64,000 nucleotides of DNA from positions 30,876,001 through 30,940,000 of the forward strand of contig OZ024752.1 in NCBI GenBank assembly GCA_964016885.1, read 5' to 3'. Below, in pieces: positions 1-12,763 of this stretch. The stretch is from Eledone cirrhosa. Its lineage: Eukaryota. Position 1 is the first letter of the stretch, and every line of letters starts with the position of its first letter. The notes beneath the pieces are model-generated. The model did no database searches, was not told the DNA's origin, and saw nothing but the letters and a program-made list of their open reading frames with translations. A program made the position numbers and the translations under genes.

Positions 1-162
1 TAGTTATCATAAAAATATTTTAAAAATTAAAAAAAAACAGTAAAAAGAACAAAGTCGAACAAAACAACAACAACAAAAAAATGGATGTAAAAAATAGAAA
101 GAAAGAAAGAAGGAAAGAAAGTAATTCAGCATTAAGCTAACAGGTTGTATTTGATACACACA

Positions 163-176
163 GATATATACATGTG

Positions 177-247
<71 letters not shown>

Positions 248-255
248 ATATATAT

Positions 256-302
<47 letters not shown>

Positions 303-355
303 TACATATGTATCATATATATATATGTGTATGTATGTATATGTATGTGTGTGTA

Positions 356-411
<56 letters not shown>
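163..411. repeat. (TA)n/(CA)n/(TG)n compound microsatellite
   Basis: Direct dinucleotide runs; the overlapping YIYI ORFs are artefacts. Confidence 0.95.
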
Positions 412-415
<4 letters not shown>

Positions 416-526
416 GTTAATGCATAGAAAAAAATGTGATATTTTGTAAATAAGAAGTGTGGGTTTTTTTGTTTTTTTTTATATAACAGTTTATTAAATA
501 GAGGAGTTTGACTATTTAATATTGTT

Positions 527-747
527 GTGATGATGATGATGGCATTAACGGTGTTGATGATGATGATGATGGCATTAACGGTGTTGATGATGATGATGAT
601 GATAATGATAATAAATGTGATGATGATGATGATGATGACGGTGATGATGATGGTGATGGTGATGATGATGATGGTGATGGTGATGACGATGACGATGATG
701 GTGATGATAATAACGACGGCAATAAATGTGATGATGATGATGATGAC
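527..747. repeat. (GAT)n microsatellite with short duplicated spacers
   Basis: GAT runs interrupted by ggcattaacggtgtt (x2) and aataaatgt (x2). Confidence 0.9.
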
Positions 748-978
748 TGCAATAATGGCGACACTGTGGTGAAGTAATAAGTTCTATGACAATTGTATCT
801 GTCACTTAGTTTCAAACTCCATGTTTCCAACTCAATGTTTTGCTTATGTTGTTACAGCTTGTTGGTAAAGGCTTGAACATCACAACACATGTTCCCTAAC
901 CCTCTTCTCCCTATTCTTATAAATCTAAAAACCCTTAGCCTAAGTAAAATTTGTTATTATTATTATTATTATTTAAAG

Positions 979-2262
979 GGCGGTGGATTGGCAGTATCGG
1001 TAGAGGGTCGGACACCATGCTTTGATGCATAGAGTTACGGCCCTTGCCATTCTGAGTTCAAATCCCGCCGAGGTTAACTTTGCCTTTCATCCTTATGGGG
1101 TCGATAAAATAAAGTACCAGTAATACACTGGGGTAATTGCTGGCCTTGTGCCTGAAGTAGAAATAATTATTATTATTTAAAAGCGGTGGATTGGCAGTAT
1201 CGGTAGAGGGTCGGACACCATGCTTTGATGCAAAGAGTTACGGCCCTTTATGGTCCGAGGTTAACTTTGCCTTTCATCCATACGGGGTCGATAAAATAAA
1301 GTACCGGTAATGTACTGAGTAATTGCTGGCCTTGTGCCAAAAGTAGAAACAATTATTATTATTTAAAGCATTGGACATGCTTAGCGGCACAGAGTTATGG
1401 CTCTTTATATTCTGAGTTCAAATCCCGCTGAGGTTAACTTTACCTTTCATCCTTATAGGGTCGATAAAATAAAGTACCAGTCACACACTGGGGTTGATTT
1501 AATCGACTTTCCCCTCCCTCAGAAACCATTATTATTATTTAATGTTGGATTAGGGTAGTGGATTGGCAGTATCGGTAGTGCGGCAGACACCCTGCTTTGC
1601 AGCATAGAGTTACGGCCCTTTCCGGTCTCAGTTCAAATCCAGCCGAGGTTAGCTTTGCTTTTCATCCTTACAGGGTTGATAAAATAAAGTACCAGTAACA
1701 TACTGGAGTCGATTTAATTGACTCCCCCCCCCCCAAAAAAAAATTGCTGGCCTTGTGCCTAGACCTGAAACCCTTATTATTATTAGGTGGGGGGGGGGGC
1801 AGTATCGGTAGAGAGTCGGACACCATGCTTTGTAGCATAGAGTTACGGCCCTTTACGGTCCGAGTGCAAATCCCGCCGAGGTTAGCTTTGCCTTTCATCC
1901 TTACAGGGTCGATAAAATAAAGTACCAGTAACATACTGGAGTCGATTTAATCGACTTTCCCCTCCTCCAAAATTGCTGGCCTTGTGCCTAGATCTGAAAC
2001 CCTTATTATTATTATTCTATGCTGGATTGTCAGAATTGTCGGAGCTACAAACAAAATGCACTGCGGTATTCGTTCCAATTAATTTTCTTCTAAGTCTAAA
2101 TCCCACCAAGATCAACTTTGTCTTTCATCCTCCTAGTTTTTTTTGTTTGTTATTTTTTAACAAAATAAAGTACCAGTAACATACTGGGGTTCAGTATCAT
2201 TGACTTTTTTCCCCCACTCCACTACCAAATTTTTGGCCTTGTGCCTAAATTATTATTGTTAT
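979..2262 (+). mobile_element. Head-to-tail array of about 6 tRNA-derived SINEs (Deu/Nin-domain type)
   Basis: Units carry A-box-like tggcagtatcgg, B-box gagttcaaatcc, core ctttgcctttcatccttacggggtcgataaaataaagtaccag, 3' ctggccttgtgcctaaagtagaaac and an (ATT)n tail. Starts near 979, 1182, 1375, 1557, 1797, 2020; some are degenerate. Confidence 0.85.
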
Positions 2263-2480
2263 TATTGTTCTTATTGTTATTATTATGTTTTCAACAGTTT
2301 TATGTGACTTTCAACTGCACCACTGAATGCACCTGCATGTTGTTGATGTGAGTGCAGTATTGTATTTTGGGAATGTTGTAAAAATGTTTCTATAATATAT
2401 CAGTTACGTATAGTTGTGGTATTTGGTTTGTTGTTTCTCAGCTTATTTAAGTCATTCATCTATTATTTTGTATAGCTGCA

Positions 2481-3800
2481 ATTTCAGTTGTTTTTTTGTG
2501 TATTTTGTGTATTACATATTTCAGTTGTGTATTTTGTGTATTACATATTTCAGTTGTGTATTTTGTGTATTACATATTTCAGTTGTGTATTTTATGTATT
2601 ACATATTTCAGTTGTGTATTTTGTGTATTACATATTTCAGTTGTGTATTTTGTGTATTATATATTTCAGTTGTGTATTTTGTGTATTACATATTTCAGTT
2701 GTGTATTTTGTGTATTACATATTTCAGTTGTGTATTTTATGTATTATATATTTCAGTTGTGTATTTTGTGTATTACATATTTCAGTTGTGTATTTTGTGT
2801 ATTACATATTTCAGTTGTGTATTTTGTGTATTATATATTTCAGTTGTGTATTTTGTGTATTGTATATTTCAGTTGTGTATTTTGTGTATTACATATTTCA
2901 GTTGTGTATTTTGTGTATTACATATTTCAGTTGTGTATTTTGTGTATTACATATTTCAGTTGTGTATTTTGTGTATTACATATTTCAGTTGTGTATTTTG
3001 TGTATTACATATTTCAGTTGTGTATTTTGTGTATTACATATTTCAGTTGTGTATTTTGTGTATTACATATTTCAGTTGTGTATTTTGTGTATTACATATT
3101 TCAGTTGTGTATTTTGTGTATTACATATTTCAGTTGTGTATTTTGTGTATTACATATTTCATTTGTGTATTTTGTGTATTACATATTTCAGTTGTGTATT
3201 TTGTGTATTACATATTTCAGTTGTGTATTTTGTGTATTACATATTTCAGTTGTGTATTTTGTGTATTACATATTTCAGTTGTGTATTTTGTGTATTACAT
3301 ATTTCAGTTGTGTATTTTGTGTATTACATATTTCAGTTGTGTATTTTGTGTATTACATATTTCAGTTGTGTATTTTGTGTATTACATATTTCAGTTGTGT
3401 ATTTTGTGTATTACATATTTCAGTTGTGTATTTTGTGTATTACATATTTCAGTTGTGTATTTTGTGTATTACATATTTCAGTTGTGTATTTTGTGTATTA
3501 CATATTTCAGTTGTGTATTTTGTGTATTACATATTTCAGTTGTGTATTTTGTGTATTACATATTTCAGTTGTGTATTTTGTGTATTACATATTTCAGTTG
3601 TGTATTTTGTGTATTACATATTTCAGTTGTGTATTTTGTGTATTACATATTTCAGTTGTGTATTTTGTGTATTACATATTTCAGTTGTGTATTTTGTGTA
3701 TTACATATTTCAGTTGTGTATTTTGTGTATTATATATTTCAGTTGTGTATTTTATGTATTACATATTTCAGTTGTGTATTTTATGTATTATGTATTTTGT
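2481..3800. repeat. 29-bp minisatellite, about 45 copies
   Basis: Unit atttcagttgtgtattttgtgtattacat; ORFs show a 29-aa period in all three + frames. Confidence 0.95.
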
Positions 3801-3898
3801 GTTTAGTATTTACTATATGTCATTAATATTATGTGTTCCAGTTGTGTATTTTGTGTTTGGGTGATTTCCGTGTTTAGCATGTGCCATATGTCATTAGT

Positions 3899-4121
3899 CA
3901 AGTCAAGTCCCAAAAGTCAGCTCGAAAGTAGCACAGAGGAGACTGAGGTTAGCTGGACATCCAGAGTTGACACTGCACTCAGTGCTCCCCTGCATGGACA
4001 CACTAGAAGGACGGACACCGGTCTCTTGGAAACACAGGACATGGCAGTAATAATGAGGGACAGAGAACGCTGGAGAGAACTCGTCCATGGATCTCGGGAA
4101 TCTTACCCACCCTAGATAGAT
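3899..4121 (+). mobile_element. 5'-truncated RTE-like retroposon with 13-bp TSD
   Basis: Encodes ...TGLLETQDMAVIMRDRERWRELV (RTE C-terminal DRxxWR motif) and ends in (TAGA)n. Flanked by atatgtcattagt at 3886-3898 and 4122-4134. Confidence 0.75.
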
Positions 4122-4786
4122 ATATGTCATTAGTTTTATGCATTTCAGTTGTGTATTTTGTGTTTGGTTGATATTTGTGTTTCAGTGTCAAGTGTTGATT
4201 CATTATGTTGAGTATGTACTGTGTGTGTTGTGTAAGTTCTGCTGTATTATTGGGTCAATATTGTAGAATGTATGTGAGGGTACATGAGTTGGTGTTTTAG
4301 TCTCTGGAACTGATTATGTAAGGGTGTATGTTACGTTATTTTCTTGAGAGTTGATTGTCTACAGTATGTGTTGCTTTATACTGTTATATTGTTGTTGTTG
4401 TTGATAAAGGCAGTGAAAATGGCCAAAACAGTGACACGATAGACTGGATACTTCTTATTGTATATCTTTTTGACATATCACTGTTTTGGAGTGGAATTTT
4501 ACCAGAGTCTGCTGAATTTGTGTTTCACCCTTCCAGAATCATGTATTTTAGTGGCTTTCCATGTTAAACGATTGAACTACTGATTCAAAATTGTGAGTAC
4601 TTTAATGTTTTCCTATGTTAAGCTGTTGAATCATTGATTATTCTTTACTTTCCTTCAAGGGTTTCTTATTAGGGAACTGTTGCTTTACCACATTTTAACA
4701 TATAGTGTCTGCTTTGGCTTGTTCCATTGAGCATGTTGTAAGTCACAAGATTGAAATCACTGTATATCAATCTAAATCCTTATTGA

Positions 4787-4989
4787 CAGAATCGGTAGAG
4801 CGTCAAACTACATGCATTGTTGCATAGTTACGGTCCTTTATGATTTGAGTTCAAATCTTGCCAAGGTTAGCTTTGCTTTTCATCCTTACAGGGTCAATAA
4901 AATAAAGTACCAGTAATGCACTAGAGTCAATTTAATCGAATTTTCCCTTCCACTAAAATTGTTGGCCTCATGCCTAAATCAGAAACCAT
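4787..4989 (+). mobile_element. Deu/Nin-type SINE copy
   Basis: gagttcaaatc B-box, core cttttcatccttacagggtcaataaaataaagtaccag, and matching 3' end. Confidence 0.8.
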
Positions 4990-5500
4990 AAAAAAAAATA
5001 TATATATTATATATATATCACACATACAGTAATATGCTGGGGTTGATTCAAACCAGTTGGGTCATGATTTCTCCTTCTTTGCTCCTTTACCTAACAAGGC
5101 CATAAAAAAAAATACCTAACAAAAAAATAAAAAGAAATGATTTTAAAAATTACTCCTTTTGTGCCTGTTGATGATGATATTATTATTGTCAGATTCTAAT
5201 TACAATCAGTCAAAGTCTTCTGTTGTTTTAATGCCATATTTTTCATACAATTCTTTTATCACTTTCATTTCATGTTATATTTTTTTTTTTGTTATAAAGA
5301 ATATAACATTTTTTTGTTTTTCGTGTTTTGTTAGCATCTATTAAGTATTTCAACTAATTAATTTATTCATCTTTATTAATATCGCCCTCCCCCCTCTCAC
5401 TCTGCCCCCCCCTCTCCCCATTGCCCCCCTCCATCTCTCACTCTCCAAAACTGGGCTTTATCCAATTATGGATAGTTGACTAATTTCAATTTAATTAACT

Positions 5501-5541
<41 letters not shown>

Positions 5542-5580
5542 CATAATCATCATCATCGTCATGATATATATATATATTAT

Positions 5581-5775
5581 ATAAGTTAGAATGGATGCAG
5601 TAAAAACCAGTTAGACCATTATTCACCAGAGTACTCAATACTTGGGGTAGTAGAGTGGGTGATATGAAAAAGTTTGGAACCCTAACGGCTGAGCTCCTGC
5701 TGTTTCAACAGCTAGACCCGAACTTGGATCTAGCTGTTGAAATGGCAGGAGCTCAGCTGTTGGGGTCCCAAACTT
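5581..5775 (+). mobile_element. (TA)n-embedded element with ~50-bp-arm hairpin (copy 1)
   Basis: Core accagagtactcaatacttggggtagtagagtgggt followed by an inverted repeat at 5670-5775; homologous to 22723-22934 and 24515-24717. Confidence 0.7.
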
Positions 5776-5956
5776 ATGTATATATATATATATATATATA
5801 TGCATACATACATACATACAATGTACAAAGCTGCATTTTTGGCTTTTTGAAGCGTTGAGAATATATGTATATGTATATATATCAGAATAAAAAGGTGCTC
5901 AAGTGCAGAAATGGTGTAGGACAGAACAAAGCAGAGAGACACAAAATAAAAACCTA

Positions 5957-5998
5957 GTCATTGAGGAGGTCACAATGTGTGACGAAAGAGCTTTGACA
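5957..5998 (+). ncRNA. Minimal hammerhead-ribozyme-like motif (variant UUGAGGA core)
   Basis: gtca-TTGAGGA-g-gtcac(aatgt)gtgac-GAAA-gag-CTT-tgac; stem I gtca/tgac and stem II both pair. Confidence 0.45.
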
Positions 5999-6404
5999 AT
6001 ATATGAACAACCTTCCGGTTATCGAACCAACGAACTGGAAATTTATAATAAATTGAAGTGAAAACCATCAGGTGCATGTGTTTTTATTGGCAACATGATT
6101 GAAATCATTGATGATTTCCTCCGAATGAAACAGTTCTAGTTCTGTAGAAGCCATTTCTATATTAAATATATATTCTGCTATGTATTATGTACCTTACTTA
6201 CTGTGGATAAACTTATATATATATAATAATTATAATGGTCCAGACAATTATATATATATATATCTATATACACACATACATACACACACACACACACTAC
6301 TTTCACACCCCCCATCCCTCCATTCTAGTATTAGGTGATAGATCTACAAATATAAAATATTTCTGTCTTGAAATATATCAACTTAACATAAATTGTTGTT
6401 GGTG

Positions 6405-6911
6405 GAGATTGGCAGTATTGTTAGAACAGCGGACAACATGCTTTGGGGCATAGAGTTACAGCCCTTTATGTTCTGAGTTCCAATCCTGCCGAAATTAGCT
6501 CTGCCTTTCATCCTTACGGAGTCGATAAAATAAAGTACCAGTAATACACTGGGGTCGATTTAATCGACTTTCCCCTCCCCCAAAATTGCTGGCCTTGTGC
6601 CTATATAAGAAACCATTATTATTATTTTTTACGGGGTCGATAAAATAAAGTACCAGTAATGCACTGGGTAATTGCTGGCCTTGTGCCTAAAGTAGAAACA
6701 ATTAATTATTTTTTAGATATTGGGGTGGATTGGCAGTATCGGTAGAGGGTTGGACGCCATGCTTTGATGCAAAGAGTTATGTCCCTTTTCGGTCTGAGTT
6801 CAAATCCCACAAGGTTAACTTTGCCTTTCATCCTTACGGGGGCGATAAAATAAAGTACCAGTAATACACTGGGCAATTGCTGGCCTTGTGCCAAAAGTAG
6901 AAACAATTATT
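6405..6911 (+). mobile_element. Tandem Deu/Nin-type SINEs (full, 3' partial, full)
   Basis: Same A/B boxes, core and (ATT)n tails; units near 6405-6625, 6631-6710 and 6722-6911. Confidence 0.85.
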
Positions 6912-6990
6912 GTGTTTTATGATATTGTTTTTTTTTTTTCAAAAATCTGTTATTTTTCTTTTTCTACCACTAAACCACTGGAGAGTAACC

Positions 6991-8044
6991 ATGACGATGA
7001 TGATGGTTGTAGTGGTGATGATGATGATGGTTGTAGTGGTGATGATGATGATGATGGTTGTAGTGGTGATGATGGTGATGTTTGTAGTGGTGGTGATGAT
7101 GATGATGTTTGTAGTGGTGGTGATGATGATGATGGTTGTAGTGGTGATGATGGTGATGATTGTTATGGTGATGATGATGATGGTTGTAGTGATGATGGTG
7201 ATGATGATGATGGTTGTAGGGGTGATGATGGCGATGATTGTTATGGTGATGATGATGATGGTTGTAGTGATGATGGTGATGATGATGATGGTTGTAGGGG
7301 TGATGATGGTGATGATTGTTATGGTGATGGTGATGATGGTTGTAGTGATGATGGTGATGATGATGATGGTTGTAGGGGTGATGATGGCGATGATTGTTAT
7401 GGTGATGATGATGGTTGTAGTGGTGATGATGATGGTTGTAGTGGTGATGATGGTGATGATGATGATGGTTGTAGGGGTGATGATGGCGATGATTGTTATG
7501 GTGATGATGATGGTTGTAGTGGTGATGATGGTTGTAGTGGTGATGATGGTGATGATTGTTATGGTGATGATGATGGTTGTAGTGTTGATGATGATGTTTG
7601 TAGTGGTGATGATGATAATGGTTGTAGTGGTGATGATGGTGATGATGATGATGGTTGTCGTGGTGATGATGGTGGTGATTGTTATGGTGATGATGATGAT
7701 GTTTGTAGGGGTGATGATGGTGATGATTGTTATGGTGATGATGATGATGGTTGTAGTGGTGATGGTGATGATGATGATGGTTGTAGGGGTGATGATGGTG
7801 GTGATTGTTATGGTGATGGTGATGATTATGAAGATGATGGTTGTGATGATGATGATGGTTGTAGGGGTGATGATGGTGGTGATGATGATGATGTTTGTAG
7901 TGGTGATGATGATAATGGTTGTAGTGGTGATGATGGTGATGATGATGATGGTTGTAGTGGTGATGATGGTGGTGATTGTTATGGTGATGGTGATGATTAT
8001 GAAGATGATGGTTGTGGTGATAATGATGATTGTGATGATAATGC
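6991..8044. repeat. Compound (GAT)n minisatellite with ggttgtagt/gattgttat spacers
   Basis: Triplet-based repeat giving DDDGCSG/DDCYG and poly-M/V ORFs. Confidence 0.9.
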
Positions 8045-8097
8045 TGCCTATATTTCTACATTACCACTGTTATTAGTTGATATTTTAAGACCTACAT

Positions 8098-8166
<69 letters not shown>

Positions 8167-8198
8167 CACTCACACATATATACATATATATATATATA

Positions 8199-8581
8199 CG
8201 AGGGCAATCCCAAAGGTAAGGTCTCCTTCCGATATTGCAACTTTTCCGTTAAAATCCTGTGGATGGTGCTTCGGGAAACCTCAGGAACCAGCATCCAGAG
8301 TGATCCGCCGATCTTTACGCATGTTTTCCTCGGAAGGAGACCTTACTTTTGGGATTGTCCTCGCATATAATAACTGCGCGAAATTCGCACTTGGCAATAG
8401 AGTTCAACGGGAGCTCCATTCTCAATGGCTGCCAAGCCAAGATTGAGCATCCCAGCGAAGCGTGCGCATGCTTGTTTGGGAGTGAAGGAAGCACCAATCA
8501 CAACAGTGTTGCCAACAGCCGTACGAACAGTTTCTCTGTGTCCCCATCGCTTTGGAGACCTTACTTTTGGGATTACCCTCG
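8199..8581. mobile_element. Mariner-derived deletion derivative plus an extra terminal fragment
   Basis: TIR cgagggcaatcccaaaggtaaggtctcc at 8199, with inverted copies ending at 8363 and 8581 in TA context. The minus strand encodes a mariner HTH remnant VSRSTIHRILTEKLQYRK. Confidence 0.8.
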
Positions 8582-8951
8582 TATATATATGTATATAAAA
8601 CACATAAGCCATGTCATTATTCCACTGCAGTTGCTTCTCATAAACCATCCATTAATACATTCAAATAACTGTTTTGGGCTTTTTACTGGTTTTGATTATT
8701 TATTTATTACTTAATTTTTTTTTTTCATTTTAAATTTTTTTTTTTTTTTTTCATATATGAACCATCCAGAACTTCTTCCACCCACCACCCACTTAATTAC
8801 CGGTATGTGGCACTGAATAATGTCACTAATGTTGATAATGGCACTTATTCTCTTATGTAACAGAAATGTTAAATAAAATAACTGACTAGTTAAATAAATA
8901 AAACAACAACAATAATAATGATAATAATGATTCTAACCTTTGTTGACATAT

Positions 8952-9011
<60 letters not shown>

Positions 9012-9057
9012 TCCCCTCCATTCCTTCCTCTTATCACTCTTTACTTTCTAATCATCT

Positions 9058-9095
9058 ATTTTCTGATGAAAGACTAGTGTCTGAAATGTTAAGAT
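9058..9095 (+). ncRNA. Penelope-type minimal hammerhead motif
   Basis: CTGATGA-a-agac(tagt)gtct-GAAA-tgtta; same family as 34605-34645. Confidence 0.5.
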
Positions 9096-9110
9096 ATATT
9101 TATTACACAC

Positions 9111-9275
9111 CTTATTGAATGTTCTTTTCTTTCCTTTTTTTGTGGTACAGATTTTAATTTTTGTCCCCTGATTTTTCTTATCCAATTTCCATTGAAGTTG
9201 ACTTCAGCATTTGTTCCTCCAGAACTCAATAAAAACATAAAGATTACCAATATCATAACAGTCAAACCTATCAAC
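9111..9275 (-). CDS. Putative 165-nt coding exon (hydrophobic signal-anchor plus basic stem)
   Basis: Acceptor ...gacag at 9278-9276 and donor AG|GTGTGT at 9111/9110, phase 2-2. Encodes LIGLTVMILVIFMFLLSSGGTNAEVNFNGNWIRKIRGQKLKSVPQKKERKEHSI; no homology recognised. Confidence 0.3.
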
Positions 9276-9497
9276 CTGTCTAGTCAAAATAAATATATTT
9301 CTACCTCTCTTGTTTTAGAATATACCCCGGACTAGTTACTTTACTTTTGTTATTCAATGTGATATGATTTGGAACTATTTGTCTTTAGAATTCTTTACAA
9401 TAATAACTTATTGTTGGTCAGTTTTATTAAGCAACAGTATTTGTATCTTAAGAAGTGAAATGGTTGTGTGAATATGGTATTAAGGTATTAATTATAC

Positions 9498-9682
9498 CAG
9501 TGGTTCCCAAAATGGGTTCCACAGAACCCAAGGGTTCTGCAAATGAGTGTCTGGAGTTATGTGCAAAAAGTAGAGGAGTGTATTTATATTATGACCATGT
9601 AACAGTATTAGACTTTGGGGTTCTCCCCAAAGTTTCTGAACCAAAAAAGGGTTCCACGTTTGAAAAGGTTTAGGAAACCCTG
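9498..9682. mobile_element. hAT (Charlie-like) MITE
   Basis: Termini cagtggttcccaa...taggaaaccctg; 8-bp TSD aattatac/aattagac with one mismatch. Confidence 0.75.
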
Positions 9683-9767
9683 AATTAGACTGCCAACTCT
9701 TGCTGGTGTTTTCTTGATTTTGGTTGTGATTATTTCATTTGAGATTTCTCTGTTATAGGAAATAGTC

Positions 9768-9930
9768 ACCAGATCATTGTCTAGAAATACCAGACCATTG
9801 TCTGGAAACACCAGATCATTGTCTAGAAATATTCACCAGATCATTGTCAAGAAATAGTTACCAGATCATTGTCTAGAAGTACCAGATCGTTGTCAAGAAA
9901 TTTCAGATCATTGTCTGGAAATGCCAGATC
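9768..9930. repeat. Short tandem repeat accagatcattgtctagaaat, about 7 copies
   Basis: Direct repeats of roughly 20-26 bp. Confidence 0.8.
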
Positions 9931-10120
9931 ACCATCATCATCATCATCATCATCATCATTTAATGTCTATTTTTCCGTGCTAGCATGGGTTAGACAAGTT
10001 ATCTCATTGTGAAATGAGTCAGATAAGGTGTCCATGTCTTGCCCATACAAATCTGTTTCTGGCTTGGTTTCTATGACTGGATGCCCTTCCAGGCACCAAC
10101 TACATTTACTGTGTAAATCA
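9931..10120 (-). mobile_element. RTE LINE 3' end (family 1, (GAT)n tail)
   Basis: (CAT)n, then tttaatgtc...gctagcatgggttagac...ggatgcccttcc; shared with 20444-21290. Confidence 0.75.
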
Positions 10121-10412
10121 TCACCTAGAAATATCTACCTGTGATAGACTGGCACTTTGTAATAGATGGAGGGCTCAAATGCCTCTCACCTCCTTCACAG
10201 CATGAAGCCAGAATGAGTTAGTTAAACACCAGAATGGCACAGAAGCCCCTCTGGGCTTGGCAGACATTAGATTGTGTATAACTTACTAAAAAAAAGTACA
10301 AACAAACAAAAAAAAAAAGATTTAAAAAAACTTACAAATTCCTGAATTGTTTGTCAGGAAAATATCAGTGATAATATACTCAGGTGTTTGAATTCAAGGG
10401 CATATATATATA

Positions 10413-10598
10413 TGGTGGATTGGCAGTATCGGTAGAGGGTCGGACGCCATGCTTTCCAGCATAGTTACGTCCCTTTACGATTTGAGTTCAAATCCCGCCG
10501 AGGTTGACTTTGCCTTTCATCCTTACGGGGTCGATGAAATAAAGTACCAGTAACGCACTGGGTAATTGCTGGCCTTGTGCCTAAAGTAGAAACAATTA
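10413..10598 (+). mobile_element. Deu/Nin-type SINE copy
   Basis: Full A-box, B-box, core and tail. Confidence 0.85.
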
Positions 10599-11029
10599 TA
10601 TATATTATATATATATATATATATATAATATATATATATTATATATAATATTATATATATATATATATATATTATATTATATATATATATATATTATATT
10701 ATATATATATACATATATATTATATTATATATATATACATATATATTATATATATATATATATATACATATATATTATATATATATATATATACATATAT
10801 ATTATATATATATATATATACATATATATTATATATATATATATATACATATATATTATATATATATATATACATATATATTATATATATATATATATAT
10901 ACATATATATTATATATATATATTATATATATATATATATACATATATATTATATATATATATACATATATATTATATATATATATATACATATATATTA
11001 TATATATATATACATATATATAATATATA

Positions 11030-11060
<31 letters not shown>

Positions 11061-11241
11061 CATATATATTATATATATAGATATACATATATATTATATA
11101 TAGATATACATATATATTATATATAGATATACATATATATTATATATATATATACATATATATTATATATATATATATACATATATATTATATAGATATA
11201 CATATATATTATATATATATATATAATATATGTATATATAT
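10599..11241. repeat. Long (TA)n-derived array
   Basis: Periodic tacatatatattatatata units following the SINE tail. Confidence 0.9.
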
Positions 11242-11550
11242 GATAATCAATACTCATAAAAAAATATGATTTAATCAATTTATTTACAATATGTGATTAT
11301 TCTTTATTTGCACATAATCAACATTTGACAACATGTCTTAACACATAATATTTCTCCCAGTCTTTGTGTTCTAACTACTGTATCCAAGCAAAGATTCCAT
11401 CATTGGCTTTTTGATTTTCATACTACAAAGAAGATATATATCAAGGGTGAGCAACTAGACCCTAAACTGCAACCAGAGAAATTTATGCAGTTTGCTAGCA
11501 ACATATAACCACTCTAGAGAGTGTTGCTTAAATTAGCTCTATACTCTATA

Positions 11551-11968
11551 TACAAGAGTTGGTTGAAAAGTTCATAAGAGTGATGTCAGAGCTGTGAAAT
11601 CTTGTGTGCATCAATTTCAATTCTTCTTATTAATAACCGCATTGTTTCTTTCCAGAGACTATGTTGAAAAATAAACCTTATTTGGTCATTCCATGAGAGT
11701 ATCTTGGTCAGTCAATGAAGGAGTGAATCTAGAGCTGTGAAATCTTGCATGCATTAATTTCAATTCTTCTTATTAATAACTGCATTGTTTCTTTCCAGAG
11801 ACTACGTTGAAAAATAAACCTCATTTGGTCATTCCATGAGAGTATCTTGGTCAGCTTATGAACTTTTCAGTTGACCCTCATATAATAACTGCATTGTTTC
11901 TTCCCAGAGACTATGTTGAAAAATAAACCTCATTTGGTCAGTCTATGAACTTTTCAGCCGACCCTCAT
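11551..11968. mobile_element. Mariner-type MITE with internal duplications
   Basis: Termini ...gttgaaaagttcata / tatgaacttttcag(tt/cc)gaccctcata; internal block ataactgcattgtttctttccagagactatgttgaaaaataaacc occurs three times. Related sequence at 61430-61700. Confidence 0.65.
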
Positions 11969-12340
11969 ACATTGAATGTGTGTTTCTCGTTTAGTATGTA
12001 AACCACAGTTACATTTTTGTGTGTGTCCTCCTGCTGTCTCGTATACTGCTATTATAATGGGTTTTGCTCCTATGAACTTGCTAAATTCATACCATCTCCA
12101 TCTAAATCCATTTCTCTCTCTAATTTCCTAGTTTTATTATCTCCACTGTCTATTACATCCATAAAACATTTTACTAAGCATTTATCCCAATTTTTAGCTC
12201 ACCAGAACTCCACCTATCTGGAATTATACTCCCTCAAATACTGACCTACAAATATTTGAAAGAAAGGTTAAATATACTAACCTCATTTTGTCTACCTCTC
12301 TAGAATTCTCAGAGAATGGACTTGTCATTGTTACTACAAA

Positions 12341-12600
12341 TTCTTCTTCTTCTTTGGCCACTTATTCTTAAGAGGATCATGAGGTCAGAGTCCTCAAAAA
12401 CTTCTTCCAGCGGATCCTGTCAGAAGCAACTGTCTCCAATTGGATCCCCAAGCAAGACCAGCTGAGCTCATGGATGTTATCCACCCATTTTGCTTAAGGT
12501 CTATCCCTGGGTGGGTCTTCTGCCAGTTGGTTTTGCCTGTAAAATCTGTCCGGCAATTCTTTCCTGAGACGTTCTAACCACAGGGTGGTAAACTGGGAAT
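12341..12600 (-). mobile_element. RTE LINE 3' end (family 2, (GAA)n tail)
   Basis: Homologous to 25482-26010 and 37061-37227. Confidence 0.65.
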
Positions 12601-12763
12601 GTTTTCAAAATGTCTACTTACCTTGTGATATTTTTTCCCATCTCTTTCCCCGTTTGATTAACAATCTTTCCGTGGTCTACTTGGTTGCTAAACTTAATCA
12701 GTCACCTGATTTGCCACCCCAGCCTGGCCCTTGGTTGCATACATTTAAACCAGGCCTTAAATC

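Noticed and set aside
979-1070. tRNA genes at SINE heads
   Set aside because: A/B boxes are present but there is no cloverleaf, and they run into SINE body sequence.
2294-2349. Possible plus-strand 50-nt exon (caacag|...|gtgagt; FYVTFNCTTECTCMLL)
   Set aside because: Splice signals are plausible but I could establish no compatible neighbouring exons or homology.
2414-3864. Three overlapping 436-470-aa hydrophobic ORFs
   Set aside because: The 29-bp repeat lacks stops in any + frame; not protein-like.
9180-9275. AKH/corazonin-like neuropeptide precursor (signal peptide followed by EVNFNGNW)
   Set aside because: It lacks the N-terminal Gln and the Gly-Lys-Arg amidation/cleavage site after Trp, so the resemblance is probably chance.
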